Source: Balanoglossus misakiensis (lineage: Eukaryota > Animalia > Hemichordata). From it: DNA of 64,000 bases. This document shows, one piece after another, positions 39,201 to 53,700 of the stretch. The DNA lies in the NCBI GenBank assembly GCA_040954595.2, contig CM082577.2, positions 10,379,846 through 10,443,845 of the forward strand. Direction: 5' to 3'. Below the pieces are notes generated by a model. The model worked only from the letters and a program-made list of their open reading frames with translations. It was not told the origin of the DNA and made no database searches. Position 1 is the stretch's first letter. Each line of letters begins with the position of its first letter. The position numbers were made by a program, and so were the translations under genes.

Positions 39201-42200
39201 AGAGAGAAAAAAAATGACTGGTGGTATATCGGTGCAAGACTAGCACTAGTGAATTGTATGGAGAACGCTGGCCCATCATTTTCCATCTACATGACACAGT
39301 ATTGCGCGTATCTGCCCGGCTGAAAATAATCAATTGTATAATAGCTTTTTTAGATATGCTCCGTTTTATCATAAAGTGGGTATATAATGTACTTTGTGTA
39401 ACAGTTCCAGCTCAAAGATTCTTTTTTAATCTATTTGTTTGAAGCAAACTTTATTATAATTGTGTTGTGACCACAGTGTCGGTATTTGGTCACCTAATGG
39501 TGATGTTAATTCTAATTTTTATACATGGCAGGTGCTGTTCTCTGTGCAAATGCAGGTCACTTTGAAGATGAAAAGAATCTTGCCTTTTTTTCAGTGCTCG
39601 GAGATTAGGTAGCTTACTGGGGGGTACCTACAAGAGGTGTTGTATTGCATTTGGAAACCGTGCCTTTTGTCCTAAAAATGACCTCACTGATTGTATAGTT
39701 GGGACTTTGTCGTGTTTCCGCCCGATTGAGTTCCGTGCACAGGTAGTTTTGTCATGGAGTCAGTGCGACATTTAAGACGCTTTATTTTCGCCCCGTCTGA
39801 CCTGACCAGCAAGTCATAGCAAGTCAAACCCAGCTCCGGGGAGAAATCGTGACATGTACCGACTAATGAAGCGTAACCAGCGTTGCTAGGGCCGGTCGTC
39901 GGATATCGATGTTATGTCAGGTAGTCAAGACGGGCTTTAACAGGTTCTCGCGTGTGTACTGGTATGACAGGTAGGGCTGCGTATATAAACATGTACGCAC
40001 CGTTACCTGGGTGTCGACGGTATGACTGGTTGGAGACCGCAGAGCAACGATGCGCTACCCGGGAACAGATAATGGATGGGGACGTGTTTTCGCATGCAGC
40101 GGTGGTTTTATTAAAGTGGAAAAGTCACTCACTTTTGATATTACATTGGTGATTTTATTTTATTTATGATGATTGATTATTTAGATTGTTCTCAATCACT
40201 ATCAAATCAACTGACATCCTGTATTTGACAAGTCAGAACTAGCTGCTATGGCAAAATTTTGGGCGTTGACTTAAAAAATAAATTGATGACACTGTTACCA
40301 TACATACTTATGCTTGTGAAAGGTGTGTTTAGACTTCGCACAGAGAACTACATGATGTGTTCGTACGTGGATGTACGTGCATTACTACAACATTTTATTA
40401 AAAATGTTTTTTGAGAGCAGAACAATATCACACTTTAAAATCTTAAAAAAAATAAAAGTGAAATATGTGAAAATAATGTCAAAAGTGAGCGACTTTGTTC
40501 GTTCAATGAAGCAGACAGCTGTTAAAATCACGACAACCGGAAAGAAAGGGGAGAATGAGAGACCAGTCATTTTCCTGATAAAAGTGTAATCTCACAAGCA
40601 TACATACATTGAGGAATTATATTTACAGATATACTTATCTGGTTAACAATGCACACAGAAGCAGACAGCTACTATAATGACAAATGGCAATAAGTGGAAA
40701 ATTGGAAATTGGTCATTTTCTATGAAATCCTGTTCATGTACATCCCTGTGTGAATTACAAATACACATCATAATAGTCTCCGTGTGAAGTCTAAAGACGC
40801 CTTTCACAAGCGCGTATGCATGGTAACGCGGTGTCATAATATTTACCAATGTTTACAAAGCCAAGTTTCGCTGTTTGTTCAGAATAGCATGGGTGTATTT
40901 GTTTGTAGATGATTTTTTTCTCTCGCGGATCACATCACTTGAGGAAATGACGTTGGTGGTGATATCCGAGAGGGAGAGAGGAAAGGGTACACTCAGCTGA
41001 TGGTCACATGCATGTACTCTGTAGATATGAAGAGCAGAAAAATTGGGATTGAATATATGATTTGTGTGTTTTACACAGTTTTATAACTGCATCCTTCACA
41101 GTGCCTATGTGCTTTAGAACCATTTATATTAAGATTATAGGTTAAAATTAAAGTAAATAACAATAAAATAATTTTATTGTTGTGAGAACATTTGGAAATT
41201 TGTCCTTGGTATAAAATTATATATATTTAATAAAAAACATGTACATACATGCGTATGCTCTGTACAGTACATGTATGTCAGATCAGTGAATTTTGCAATA
41301 CACAGAAGTTTATCCTTTATGGGTGAAAAGATGAAAGATTTATCTAAAATGAAGGACGAAATTGTCATTTAATGGATTATACATGTATGTCTCCATTGAA
41401 ATTTAATACTTAATCTTCGAGGTACTGATGTACTAGTGTTTGCAGTTTCTCTAGTCTGTTTTTTCCCTCTGACAGAATTATAGTGTTAAACCAAATCATG
41501 CGATATTTAAATATTCATGCACACCATTGGCATGCGTGTAGACATGTACGTATGACATACGACACTCGAATGGGCGTGCTGACAATAAACATCATAATTT
41601 TTCCAAGGATATATTAATAGTGGAGATAGACCCATAGAACTCTAGATATCTTTGTGAAAGAGGGTAATCATTTTTCTGTTCAGATTTGATGAATAACTAC
41701 AGCTCGGGTACTAAAAGTTACATTCAAAACACCATACACTGTGTACCAGTGCGCAGCTAAAACGTACCAGCATATCTTTAAAAGGGCCGACAATAAACTT
41801 TTTTTTTTTCTGGGAAATTTAGTACTGCCATATTGGACAGACGACGCGTACAACCAAGCACAGACCAATAGTCTATTTTATATTTGAGAACAGCATTTGG
41901 AAGCCAGACTTGTCAATGTCAGCTTAATTACTCTGTGTTTATTTTGAGAGAATTAAATTATCCCGAGAGAGTGTTTATTTGAGTGGTTGCATGGCCATGA
42001 AACGTCCAATGCCTCAGTTCAAGTTGGTTTCTGGCCTGACCTGATGCAGTGAAACACAATTCCATATCTTAGTAACACTGACCTTCCTCCAACTTGAACG
42101 ACTGCTTGTCTCGAGTTCCAAGTTATCATCCCTTCGCCGCCTGGGGAATCCCGAGCGTTGGAAATAGTTTCTCAGATCCAGGGATTTAGAGAGAAATATG

Positions 42201-42930
42201 CCTGGAATTGAACATTGTAACACTAAACAGTTAGTCATTTTACAAACCCTTGGGTTCCCTTCATGTCTTGCCACTTTCAATTTCGATCAAAGTTGGATTT
42301 TAATATTTTGTGAAAATTTCTGTCATGTGAAGGTATAGTAGACAGCTGATGTGTGGATTTTGTAATACGATACAGTATTTTTTTATAGTGTGTATGAAGT
42401 GATGTGCGTGTGTCGAATCGCCCTGCAAGGTAAAAGGTGGATATTTATAACAGTATGAGAAGGAGAGCCCTGCTGGCCCGACCCCTGACCTGTCTCTGCG
42501 GGTTGCCATGGTGAGATACCAAGTCAGAGCCGATTGAGTGTGTGGTTAATTTGTAAAAATAGTTCGGAAGTCGTGGAAGGCCAAAAATGTAATTTGCCCG
42601 CGCCTATCGGATGCGTGCGACATGCGAGAGTGAAGGAAAAAAATTTGTTTGTGGTGTCAAAGCTCGGTGTCAAACTCAATGGCGATGAATGGCAGGGCCG
42701 GGCAAACGAGGGCTTAGTGAAAACAGCTGAACCATTCGAGGAATGAAACGGCACAGATTTTAGGAGCCGCAAATTTTTTCTTATCCATTGTAGCTTTAAT
42801 GTATCAGTGTTGCCGTTTTCTGTGTCCCTGTCGTGGCTCCATTTGGCCATGCAAAATGTGCGCAATCCTGTGTAAGTGTGTTGTAGCATGACTTTTTTCC
42901 AGTCGTATCAATCACAGCAATATGATAGTT

Positions 42931-43106
42931 CAGTAAAACCTGTCTAAACTGAACCCTGTCTAATCTGGAAACCTGTCTATACCGAGCACATTTTCCTGCC
43001 TCTGACAGAAATACATGTTAAAAGAATCTCAATAAACTGAACACCTTTGCAATCTGAACAATTTCTTCAGTACCTTTGGTGTTCGTTTTACACAGGTTTG
43101 ACTGTA
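42931..43106 (-). mobile_element. MITE family B, copy in opposite orientation
   Basis: CAGTAAAACCTGTCTAAACTGAAC ... ACAGGTTTGACTG-TA. The interior is the reverse complement of the 33860 copy. Confidence 0.82.
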
Positions 43107-46100
43107 TTCACTGTACAAGTCTCTAGCCAAGGATGGAGGGCAGTTGTGTTCAAAGAGGCGGACATTGTACATGTTATGACTTAGTAAGGTGTTAAAACAA
43201 TAAATGAGCTATTAATTATTACCTCAATTAATTTGTGTATTTAATTTGACCATTCGGTTACATTACTAGTTGCCGTTATTAAAACAAGCCAATAAAAAAC
43301 TGAATCGGTGTATAAAATGTTGTGTTGTCGGTGAAGTCATTCAAAAGGTGGGCAGACAGAGAACCATAGAAAGTTGTGCCGATGCTAGACAAATCAGGAG
43401 TCATGGATAATCTAATGCAGCCAAAGTTAAATTTAATATAAAATCGCCTGTCTCCAGCGACTTGTCAATCACCGCTCTCGATCAGAAAACCCGCGCAGCG
43501 CTTTCGTTCCAAGGTGTCAAAACACCAGTCAGAGGGCACCTATTTGGAGCCGAGCGCTATGCCGGTTGTTTGTGCCAGCACACAAAGTGCTAAACTGGTC
43601 GTTTACCTGTGATGGGCATTTCTCTGTTTAGCGGCGAAAAGGAAATGTGCCGATATTGCTGCCACGGAAAGAACTGCTAAAGTGGTCGGGAGAGTGGTGT
43701 TGTGGGCTTTGTCTGTGAAAAACATCGTTGAAAGTAGTATGTGTTTGGCACGTGATCACATTTTATCCTAGTCAGGAGATGGAAAGACGCATGTAATTTG
43801 GGGTGTATGGCCAAGGTAGCTGTTAGCTAGGAGTTTGACTTTAGATGCATCGTCAGGGTATGTTTAGCTGTAATGTACTGTAAACGTGTAAAGCAGTTTG
43901 ACAAGAAAATGATGCATAACAAATTATTGAAATTTATGTGTTTTTTCCAAAGAAAAATTGAGGAAATCATAGTCAGTAATTGAATTTTTCATTTGTCATC
44001 ATTTTTCATTGTTAAAAACCGTATGATCTCCAGCTGTGTATGTTTATGAATTGTTGCCTAGATACAAATCTAGCCATAGATAACATGGAAAAATCTCCCT
44101 GGAATGAGGCTGAACTAGATAACAGATACCGAGGAAGAAGTGTGTTATTTCTTAAAGTTTTAGTGAAGATGCTCACTTATTTTTTTCTCCCTCGGCCGAA
44201 CATTTACGTATATCTTCAGTTCGCGTCATAAATTATGATAATGAGTGATAATTATATGTATTCTGGTAAAATACAAGATATTGCGGCAGTACTCTGCCCG
44301 ACTTTTTTCTTTCCTTGTATTTAAATTGATTCAGTGAAGATTCCGATTTGATTTGACAGCAGTACATGTAAGCTGGTCAGCTTGTTTGACATTCTGATAC
44401 CTGTACCGAGCTAGAGCAGAAGTTCGAAACACAGTCTCGTAAATTTTGCTGTTGGCTGGCTTAACGATTCGTTGTAGAGTGATGCATGTGTGTTAAAAAA
44501 ACACAGTTCCCCTTTTCAGTATCATGCATGTAAAATTTGAATCATTCAAGATATTTTTTTTAGGCTGATTTCAAATGTGCAAGATATTTCGTAAAACCTT
44601 TTTGTGTGTGTGTTGGTATTTTTTGGGGCAGTGCAAGGAAAAGAACAAAAAAATCCAAGTTTTCATCGGTATTGACATAAACACGTAACACACTCAAAAG
44701 CATGCACGTCAGCAGAATTATTTTGAGCAGCCCCTAAAAAATGAAACTGAATTTTTCATTCATGTGAAATGTGAAATGTGACTGGAAAATGTCACCGTGT
44801 GTCCCAGAGGCAACCCGGCACAGCTGTGTCGCACCAAGTACCGTATATCCTGTCGTTCGACTTGTCGGTATTTCATTATTTCATTGAAATCAAATTCAAA
44901 ATGACCTTTTCCATTTTCATGCAAAATCATTATAATCTTTGCCAGTGTCTGCGTGAAAGTTTTGTCAGAGAAATTTTCCCGTACATAGCAACACGGTTTT
45001 GTGCATGGGGGTATTTTCACCATCTGTTAGGGGTATGTAAACCCGAGGACGTTGTATTAATCATGGCACACATGCAGTGAAGAGTGTTTGAAGTCGTTGA
45101 GTGGGATCTCTGTCGAAGGATAATGATTTTTCTGGTTACTTACGTCGGGGGGTGGGGGTGGGGGTTAAACCCAAATTTAGGCACAATTAAAAATTAAACA
45201 TCTGCTTTATTGTTTACGAGGAAATGTTTATTAAATAATTAGTGGGTTCCATTGTGGTGGGCTTCATCTGTGTGTTTATAAATTAAAATCAACATGAAAG
45301 TGAGGTACGCTAATTTATAAAATTTAAGTGTTAACAAGACTGGATGTTAATTGTACACAAGACTGGATGCATATCAAATTGATAAATCTATCAAAATGTT
45401 AAAAATTTAAAGTGTACAAATATGCAGATACGCAAAATTTTTTTGTGGCTGTACTTCACTCATATCATGTGACAAGCTGTCAACCAATTACAGTGGGAGA
45501 AATAAGTCATTAAAGAATGACATCCATAATTTTTCCTCCTAGTCGTTTCCATGACAACTTGCTGTTTCCATGGAGAATGTCCATGCAGATCACCACTTTT
45601 GACGTGTGAAACACGCAGCCGTCACGCAGTGGCCTTTGAAGCTCGTATTTTGCTGTCCTGTTACCATGGAAACACGGAAGGGTGATGTCTTCGCGCCTCT
45701 CTGTGTAGAATGAGCAATACTGTCATCTGATGGTGTGGATTTCAGAATTTCTTGAAATCACATCAGATTTACAGAAATTAAATTATCATGACAGTTGACC
45801 AGAAAAACAGATTGTCAGTTTACCATAGATGACTTTCGCAAGTTTATTTCAAGTGCCTCCCTGGTGTGATGTATGAAAGTGACTTGTGAGATTTTTTCTA
45901 TCGAGCTAAGATATGGCAGAATTTCGACGGTAGAGATGTCAAGTCATTAATGAAGGTGGGGGAACGTCGAGAAAATTAGTGGGAGTGTGTAATACTTCAT
46001 GTAGAAAAACCGACATTTTACTTCTTGCTTTCTCAGAAGAACTGGAGGCATTTTCATCGAAATTAACATTAATGAAATATACAATATGAATGAAAGTCGT

Positions 46101-48051
46101 CGCTCGGGGGTGGTCGTCAAGGGCGTTGCCAGGCAACCGATCGTCTCCAGCCAGAGATTTGAAAGAATTATGTCTGAGGTGTATCGAATGCAGCTCGCTG
46201 ATGTGTGTACGTGAGTAGACAATGGCGAGCCGATTCTTCGCTCGGGGTTGAAGGGTCGGCCCTGTGACAATTGACGTCATACGCACTAAAATGTGGCGAG
46301 CCTTGGGATTAAAATAGAAACAAGAAGTGTAATGAAGAAACTAATCAGGGGCGGGGGGTTTCTGTCCAAGCGTCCACATTATGATACCTAATGAAATTTC
46401 AAAATATACATACACATCACGTTTCGCCTGGGTGTAGGCACAGCTTAATTTACGACTGTTTTTTATTTGTTTCCCTGGGATAACCGCCTAATTTTATGTC
46501 TGGAAATTTCTCATTAGTGTGTTTTCCCCTTGCCAGTCGTACAAACCAAATAAAGAAATCCTTGGTTGCCAGATCTGACGAAATAAGGCATTCTGTTTAA
46601 GTTTTTATTTTGCACGGAATTTGATTCTGGATGTGTCGGTGTTTGTTTTCATAAGTGGTATATGACAAGTTTTTAATTAGAATAATCTGCTGTTCAAAAA
46701 GTAGAGTAGAGTGAGCCAGTCAGAGAGCGTGAAAACATAAAAAACCTACAAAGTGAAAATGAAATAACCAAAATAATGTTAAACATTAACATCTTTGTCT
46801 CTTCAAGAGAGTGTTATCTGTTGTGAGTGGCAAATCTTTTTTGGATTCAAAGAAACCGGTTGAGTTCTTTTTTATGGTGATAAGGCAGGGATTCGAGAGA
46901 AATCGTTTTCATCATTTATCTACAAAGCGATCATTTCTGCCGTTATCTTCAAGGTGGAGTGCACAAGTCTGCTAGGGACGACGGAGTCCCATCTGCAGAA
47001 TTTTTCTGTCCTTCTGTCTCTTTCCGGAATTCATAAAAATTTAGATTGACTTTGACAGCGTTTCCAGTCGAAAAGTTGCATCTCGACCGAGCCAGTCTGT
47101 CCCAATCCGTCAAGATGTCCGACCGTATTTCACCGCAGATTATTAAAACAGCAAGCATCATCCCCATGGGAATTAGTGAAAATTGGATGAGTACGCTAAT
47201 TAATTAGTTTGTGATTAATGGCATCTCATCTGGGTCACAACCAAGTGCAGGGACAATTACACCAACGAGATGAAACCGAGGTCTCAGTGCTATCAACGGA
47301 GAGTTTGTGTACATAAAATATTCTTATTTTTGTATCGGTTTCCACATCACCCTGAAGTACAATAAACCATGTCTTTGTCTAAATGATGCATATCTGCAAG
47401 TCTATACTCCACTCTGTGATAGTACTTCAACATATGTTCTCCACCAAGAATGCTGTTGCTGCCACGTGTGCGCGCGCACACACACATGCATGCACACACG
47501 TGCACCGAGAGGCTGGTTAAAATGTCTCCCATGTGACATACAACCCACCTCCCCTGCTAAAAGTATGTAGGTCAGGCTTTAATATAGGGTTTGTAATTTC
47601 AGACTTGGAGAATAATGGGTGTGTTCCCCCTACACGCTCGTATAGTGTTATGGGGTCCCGAGGTTCTGAGGACTCATTTTCTGCACGAGAAAATAATATG
47701 ATTGTGATTCTTTGAAAGAACGTTGAAAAATCAACGAAAAATGTCCATGTTGTTTATGTTCCGAGGGAGCTGTACTTCAGCGACTATTTTTGATGATACA
47801 TTGTGTATATTTATGGAGTTCATTTCAGGGATTATCAGTCGAATGTTTTCTAGATTAAATAACACACTATAGCTGATCTGTGGAAAAACATGACTGTGCA
47901 TATCCCACTTTGATTGGTTTAATGATAGTGCCGCAGTCGAAACGTTTTCCCCAAAAAACAACTGTTTTAAACATCAAAATGTATCTGTCGGTCAGTTTTG
48001 TCGCTATTCTTGACATTTCAAAATGGCGGCCGTATCTAAAATTACTGAGTG

Positions 48052-48284
48052 TGTCTGTTTCCATGGGAGCATGGATAACAATAGCCCGGCCTTTCACAAG
48101 AAATGAATTGTTGTGAGTGACAAAGTCATAATCTTTCATCCAGCATTTAAAAAAAAAGTGTGATAATCCTATTTGTCTGTTTCTATGGGAACATTAGTAA
48201 CAATAGCCCTGCCTGTCCACAGTAAGTGAATTGTCGTGTCATAAGCCTTCATCCAGCGTTTAAAAAAAATAAATGTGATAATCC
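48052..48284. repeat. Diverged tandem duplication, about 120-bp unit, 2 copies
   Basis: TGTCTGTTTCYATGGGA...TAACAATAGCCC...TTCATCCAGCRTTTAAAAAAAA...TGTGATAATCC occurs twice, at about 48052 and 48174. Confidence 0.85.
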
Positions 48285-50461
48285 CATCCTCAGGGTGTGT
48301 GGCTTTTAGAACAAGCGAGGTTACAACTCCCCCCCCCCCCCCCCACTCTATTGACCGTCAGGTAATATATAAAATAGAATAATGGTCTTGCAAGATTATA
48401 AATGTTAAAAACGTCAGATGAGATGTGAATTAACACCATTTAATAGTCACAGATAAAAATATGAATGTTTAAATGCGATTGAGATTTAGGCTGTGCCCAT
48501 TGATAATAAATTTGATTTTACAAGATTGGGGTGTGGGTGGGATGAACAGTCACATAACTCACAAGTTGACCATGAAGGAAAATAGTGTCTGCAAGAAAAT
48601 TAGAACATTTTCATGAAAAACATCTTCAGTCCTGACAATTTATCACTGAAGAGGTCTTGGGAGTGACATTTCAGATGAGTTGGGTACAGAGAATGATCTT
48701 TTCAGTGTGTTTGCCTTGAAGCTATGGCAATTATACTTTTTCTTGCCACAGAACTGAAAACAAGATGGCTGCCTTGTGAAGGCAATTTTGCTATTATACC
48801 GAATACAGTGTAAAAACAGATAGAAAGAAAAAAACAGGTTCCTGAGAAACCACATCTGTTGGATACTAATACTGGACTAATTTGGTACTGGAGGAGACAT
48901 TTAACGAGGTTTCAATTAATATTTCATCCGTCAACTTTCGGAAGATACGTATGACATCCGCAGCTGTGAAAATTGATAAATTTAGCGACCGTCCAAAAAA
49001 ATACAACAGAATTCATAGCACATGATATAGCCTTGGCACTATGCGATTGCTGTTTAAAATGTGGTGATGAGCTTGGCTGGTGAATTTTCAAGAAGCACTG
49101 TCAAGATGTGTTTTTCTGCATGCAAAGCAGAACAGAAGATGGCTAGAATAGAATAGTTAATGAACGCCATGATGGTTCTCGTTTTCGTGATGGCTTTGTG
49201 GTTTTTTAGTCGTGGTTTTCTCCAGCTGTTACTCGGATACTTCCAACATACATGGATCTAATTGGATTTTTCGTCACCCAGGTCACCGTGGCGACCTGGG
49301 CTCGATTAGGACAATGAGATGGCGAAGTGTCATCGTTCATTTTCTCCTCTTGTGACAGTTAAACGCCACGTGCACAGTGGAGTTGCCTCACCCTCCATTG
49401 TTTCAAGACTGATGACTCAGAGGCCTGCCATCATATCTGATTCTCATCATCTGGAGTCAGAGCTGTGTGTGTTCTTCTGTTTGTGTCATTTCCATTCTGT
49501 GATACTTCCTTTCTCTAAAAAATAATGTAATTTCCCTGTCAAGTATTCCTCAGACACATCATCAAAAATGCAATTATGGCACTTATTATAAATTCATAAA
49601 TTGATCGTTATATAAGTGTCATTCGTAGAAAAAATGCAGTATGTAAGGAATGTGAATAGGATGGAATTTGATAAAAAGTCAATTAAACTAATAATAATAT
49701 AACCAATCTTGTAAATTGATAACTTTCGAGAGAGACTGTGATATCAACAGCCAGGTGCAATATAATATTCAAGTACTTATATTTTCAAATATCATATTTT
49801 TGAGTTTTGTGGATGGTTTCCGAGACTCCTACTGTGCTGATGATTATCGGGTGATTTGCCCACTTACGTGTACACACGTGTTTAGATTTTTTCTTCATCA
49901 TAATAACCACAATTAGGTGTGTGGGCATTGACGTCATGGGGGAAAATGCGTGTTTGATTATCTAACATTGAAATGATGGTGTAATAACAAAATCGTTAAT
50001 GGAGGTTCATTTTCAAGCTCAAACTTGCCATTTCAGAAGAAAAAAAACATCAATGGAGAGTTTTGCGTTTTGAATGTAAAAATCTTGTTTTTCAAATTAT
50101 TCTTTGTGCAAATAATTCTTTATTCTCTCCAGCTTTTTAAAAATGTTGAACATCTTTTGTTTTGTTTCTCAGGATGATCACGTGTAAAACCACCGACGTT
50201 TTGTATTTCTGCTTTGTGCGACATTGCTTATTGCGCACGACGTTTTCCGTTGCGGTGGTCCTACGTACGTGTCAGCGGTCTTACATGTCGCGCCGTTTGT
50301 TCTCTCGTCATTAAAATATGGTTACCTGATATCTGTTTGTGTCACTGGCAGTAGCCATGCATGAATCACAGTGCGCGACCCCCTGGCGTATCAGGGTGTT
50401 GGCTTTTGTTCACAATAGTGGTGGCACCATTCTCGATGTTATCGTACTTTGAAAGCAAATA

Positions 50462-50799
50462 TTAAAGCCCCTATGGTTGCCAAATTTTACATATTTTTTT
50501 CCACAGTAAAATATTCCCTATCCTCTAAAATCCTCACCATTAAGCCATATTTCTTGCATTTGCATCAGTTTGTCATCTCTTGGCGACGCATACCACGATA
50601 GCTGCATACTGTTTGTATAGAGGCTGATTAAATCAGTGCGGCACTGTTTTAATACATGTTTTCAAATCGCTACATACAGCCACAATCAGGCATTCGGTGT
50701 TCAGGTATGCCTATCAGTAAGCTTATTAAGATGGACCAATTTAAGTTGGAAAATAAAATCATGAAAAAATGCAAAAAGTGGCAGCTCTAGAGGCTTTAA
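50462..50799. mobile_element. TTAA-flanked Kolobok-like MITE with imperfect TIRs
   Basis: TTAA-AGCCCCTATGGTTGCCAAATTTTACAT ... ATGCAAAAAGTGGCAGCTCTAGAGGCT-TTAA. Confidence 0.65.
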
Positions 50800-53700
50800 A
50801 TCATTCCGGAATAACAGATTTATGAAATTCAGAAAACGAGCACAACTGATATTTCACCAATGTGACATGATTAAGCTTGTCTGGTAAATAATTTAGAATG
50901 AATTAAAAATAAACGTATCAGTGGTTTTTAGTTGCAGATCGATAGATCGACTCCCCAGACGCAGACAGCGATAATCTATACTTCCCCCTCCAGATTAACG
51001 ATTTACATGTTTTGAGTAAATATTGAGCAGACTTTTTTTCTCTCAAGTTGTTTTGCTGCTTGTGGTGTGATCGATACTGCAGACGTGTTATCATTATGAA
51101 TATGGCACACCGCATCTCTCGAGATTTTATTGGTTTTCGAGGGCCGATTGTGCTCTGATCAGTCGCAGCTGACAACTATTCTGGGAAAATTGATTTCGAG
51201 GGAATTATAGAAATGTCATGTTCATCATGGCAGATTGTGTCTAAGTAATAAAATTGATATGTTTTTAATGTCTTGTGCACGGGATACGATTTGCAGCGTT
51301 GGACGTGTTTTTGCTGATGTCAGTGAAACAGGAAGAAAGAACAAAGTAGGCGTGATATGGTTGATGAAAAATAGAAGAAAAAATATGTTCATGTTTGACT
51401 GGTCTGGTGTGATCATTAGTGTGTGGCTTGCATACTAAATACATTGAAGTATAATTTGAATTATTGTAACATGGGTGAAATTTTCAATTAGCAATAAATA
51501 ATCAGCGGGAAGCCAGGTGTTTGTTTTGTGTCGTGGGCACTAAAATATTGTTCCTCGTTGCGGGCATATTGAATTTGTGTGTTTTGTTGCCCCTGACAGG
51601 AAGATGCAAATATCATTTAGCGGGTGACTTGAGTGTGATCTACTGCCGGTCTTGTGTTTGTGTGTGTGTGTGCGCGATGCTGCCTGCATCTTGAGAGGTT
51701 GCAACCATTTCAATCACAGGGGTGGTAGGTATAGGTTCAGAGGGATGTCCAGATTGGATGGCAAGATGCTGCGTAAATCAATAATCTGTGAATTTGAAAT
51801 GATTATTGTGATGCTTTGCTGTTTGTGATGGACTAATTCTGAGAAAATTCTTGATGAAACTTTCAGCCACATTTTCTTTTTATAACAGGGTTAACTGTCA
51901 GATTTGTGCAAACTCAGAATTACCTGCATAATGTCAGTATTTTGTAAATTTTCAATTTCAAGTTCTCTGAAAAGTGGTAGGGCGACTTGAAGCCATTTGC
52001 TCAATGTGCATTTGGATTGTAGAGTAAAAAATGAACTGGCACAGAGACGTATAAAAATACCAAGAGTATTTCAACCATAAATCTAAACATTGGTGAAAAA
52101 CTACGTGGGGTGATCATATCAGTGGAAAATTTGTAAAAACTGAAATTGTGCTGTTGGGCGTTTGTCAGCTGTAAAAATTACAAATTGATTTGAAAAGATA
52201 ACGTTTACTACAAGCATGGCTGGGTACATGTATATGCAATTAGATCCACCATTCGACTATATCCATAGCCCTTCAGGGATTCTGCCTTCATATTCGATTC
52301 ATCCATGTTCACTTTCTGGTATATAGAATAAAAAATCAAACCGTTTGCCGTGATTGATCGCCGCTGTAAATATTTTTTTAATTGCGCCGACTTTATGATG
52401 TGGATGATTTATCGAGTTGTGTGTCGGGAACACATGTACACCAGGGGCCAAACGTTCGAACTCCCTCATCATCTGGGATTTATTGACTTGTAAAAATAGA
52501 AACAAAGAAATATATTTATTGTTTTCTCTGTGCCGCTATCGTAGCTTTCGATCGCGCGATGTGAAGGTACGTTCGTAGAAAATGTGGGAATACACCGAAT
52601 TATCAAAACAGTAAATTTGACTGAAATGAAAAGATATTAATTATTTCTGTCGAAATCCTAAATATTTTTCTATGAAAATAAATACACAAAATCCTTGCTA
52701 TCAGATTGATGTGTGTGGAATGTCAGACGAGTCATTGAGATCAGAGCGGTGTGTATAGTTACAAAGTGTTCGTAGACGAACATGTTGTGACCTATGCATG
52801 CACTGTCAAATGTCGTCAGAATTTTTCTCCATGTGATGCCATTGCTGGCTGTGAGTGCAGATTGTCATATAGAAACGATTTCTCCAGTCCCTTTTGGTTT
52901 CCGGTTTAGACAGGTTTTTAATGTATGCAGAAATGTCTGCAGGTTGAGCGTGGTCTTAAAACACAGCTGTTGTTATAGGTAAAGGCCATTAAATCGTAGA
53001 TGGAAATATGGCATTATTAAAGGCAAATGTGATATTAATGTGAATTTTAGTATTTTGTTTGTGCATAGTGAAATGACGGAGCAGTTAGCCAGAACTGATT
53101 TCTCGTATATATGTCACTGATGTTAAAAGCTTGAAAATCACTGCTGTGAAAGTCTTGGAATTTTGAGTGATTACGACCTCATGCAGTCAGGAGTTGCATC
53201 ATCACTGACTAGTAAATGTGGCTATGCATCTATAGTAGAGCCTTGTCAATTATTTCTTTTCCTTGCTAGGTTTAATGATGACTGACTTCCAGTCAAGCAT
53301 GTGGTGGGAATAACTATGATTCAACTGGAGTGTCTAGACTGTTGCTCTATCATAAAGAGCTTTTCACATCAGTGTCCGTGTGCGGACTACATACCTTCAA
53401 TCATAAAGAAGCAATTTCTGACCAGTATACATTTGTACGACAGCTGGAAGCTGGGTAGAAAAAATCCAGTTCAGTTTTCGCCGCAAAATAACTGGCGAAC
53501 CTGTCCACCCCTATTTTACCTGTGCGTGAGTCGGCCCACAGTCCACTGAAGACAGTGAGGCTATACCAAAATTTGGTGACAAAGGGATGATACCCGTCCC
53601 TCCCCCCCCCCCAAAATAAGATTTCCGCAGTTATGTGGACTCTGAATTGTTCAGAATTACTTTGGCGTGATTTGTGGTCAGTTTAAAATAAGATATTGCC

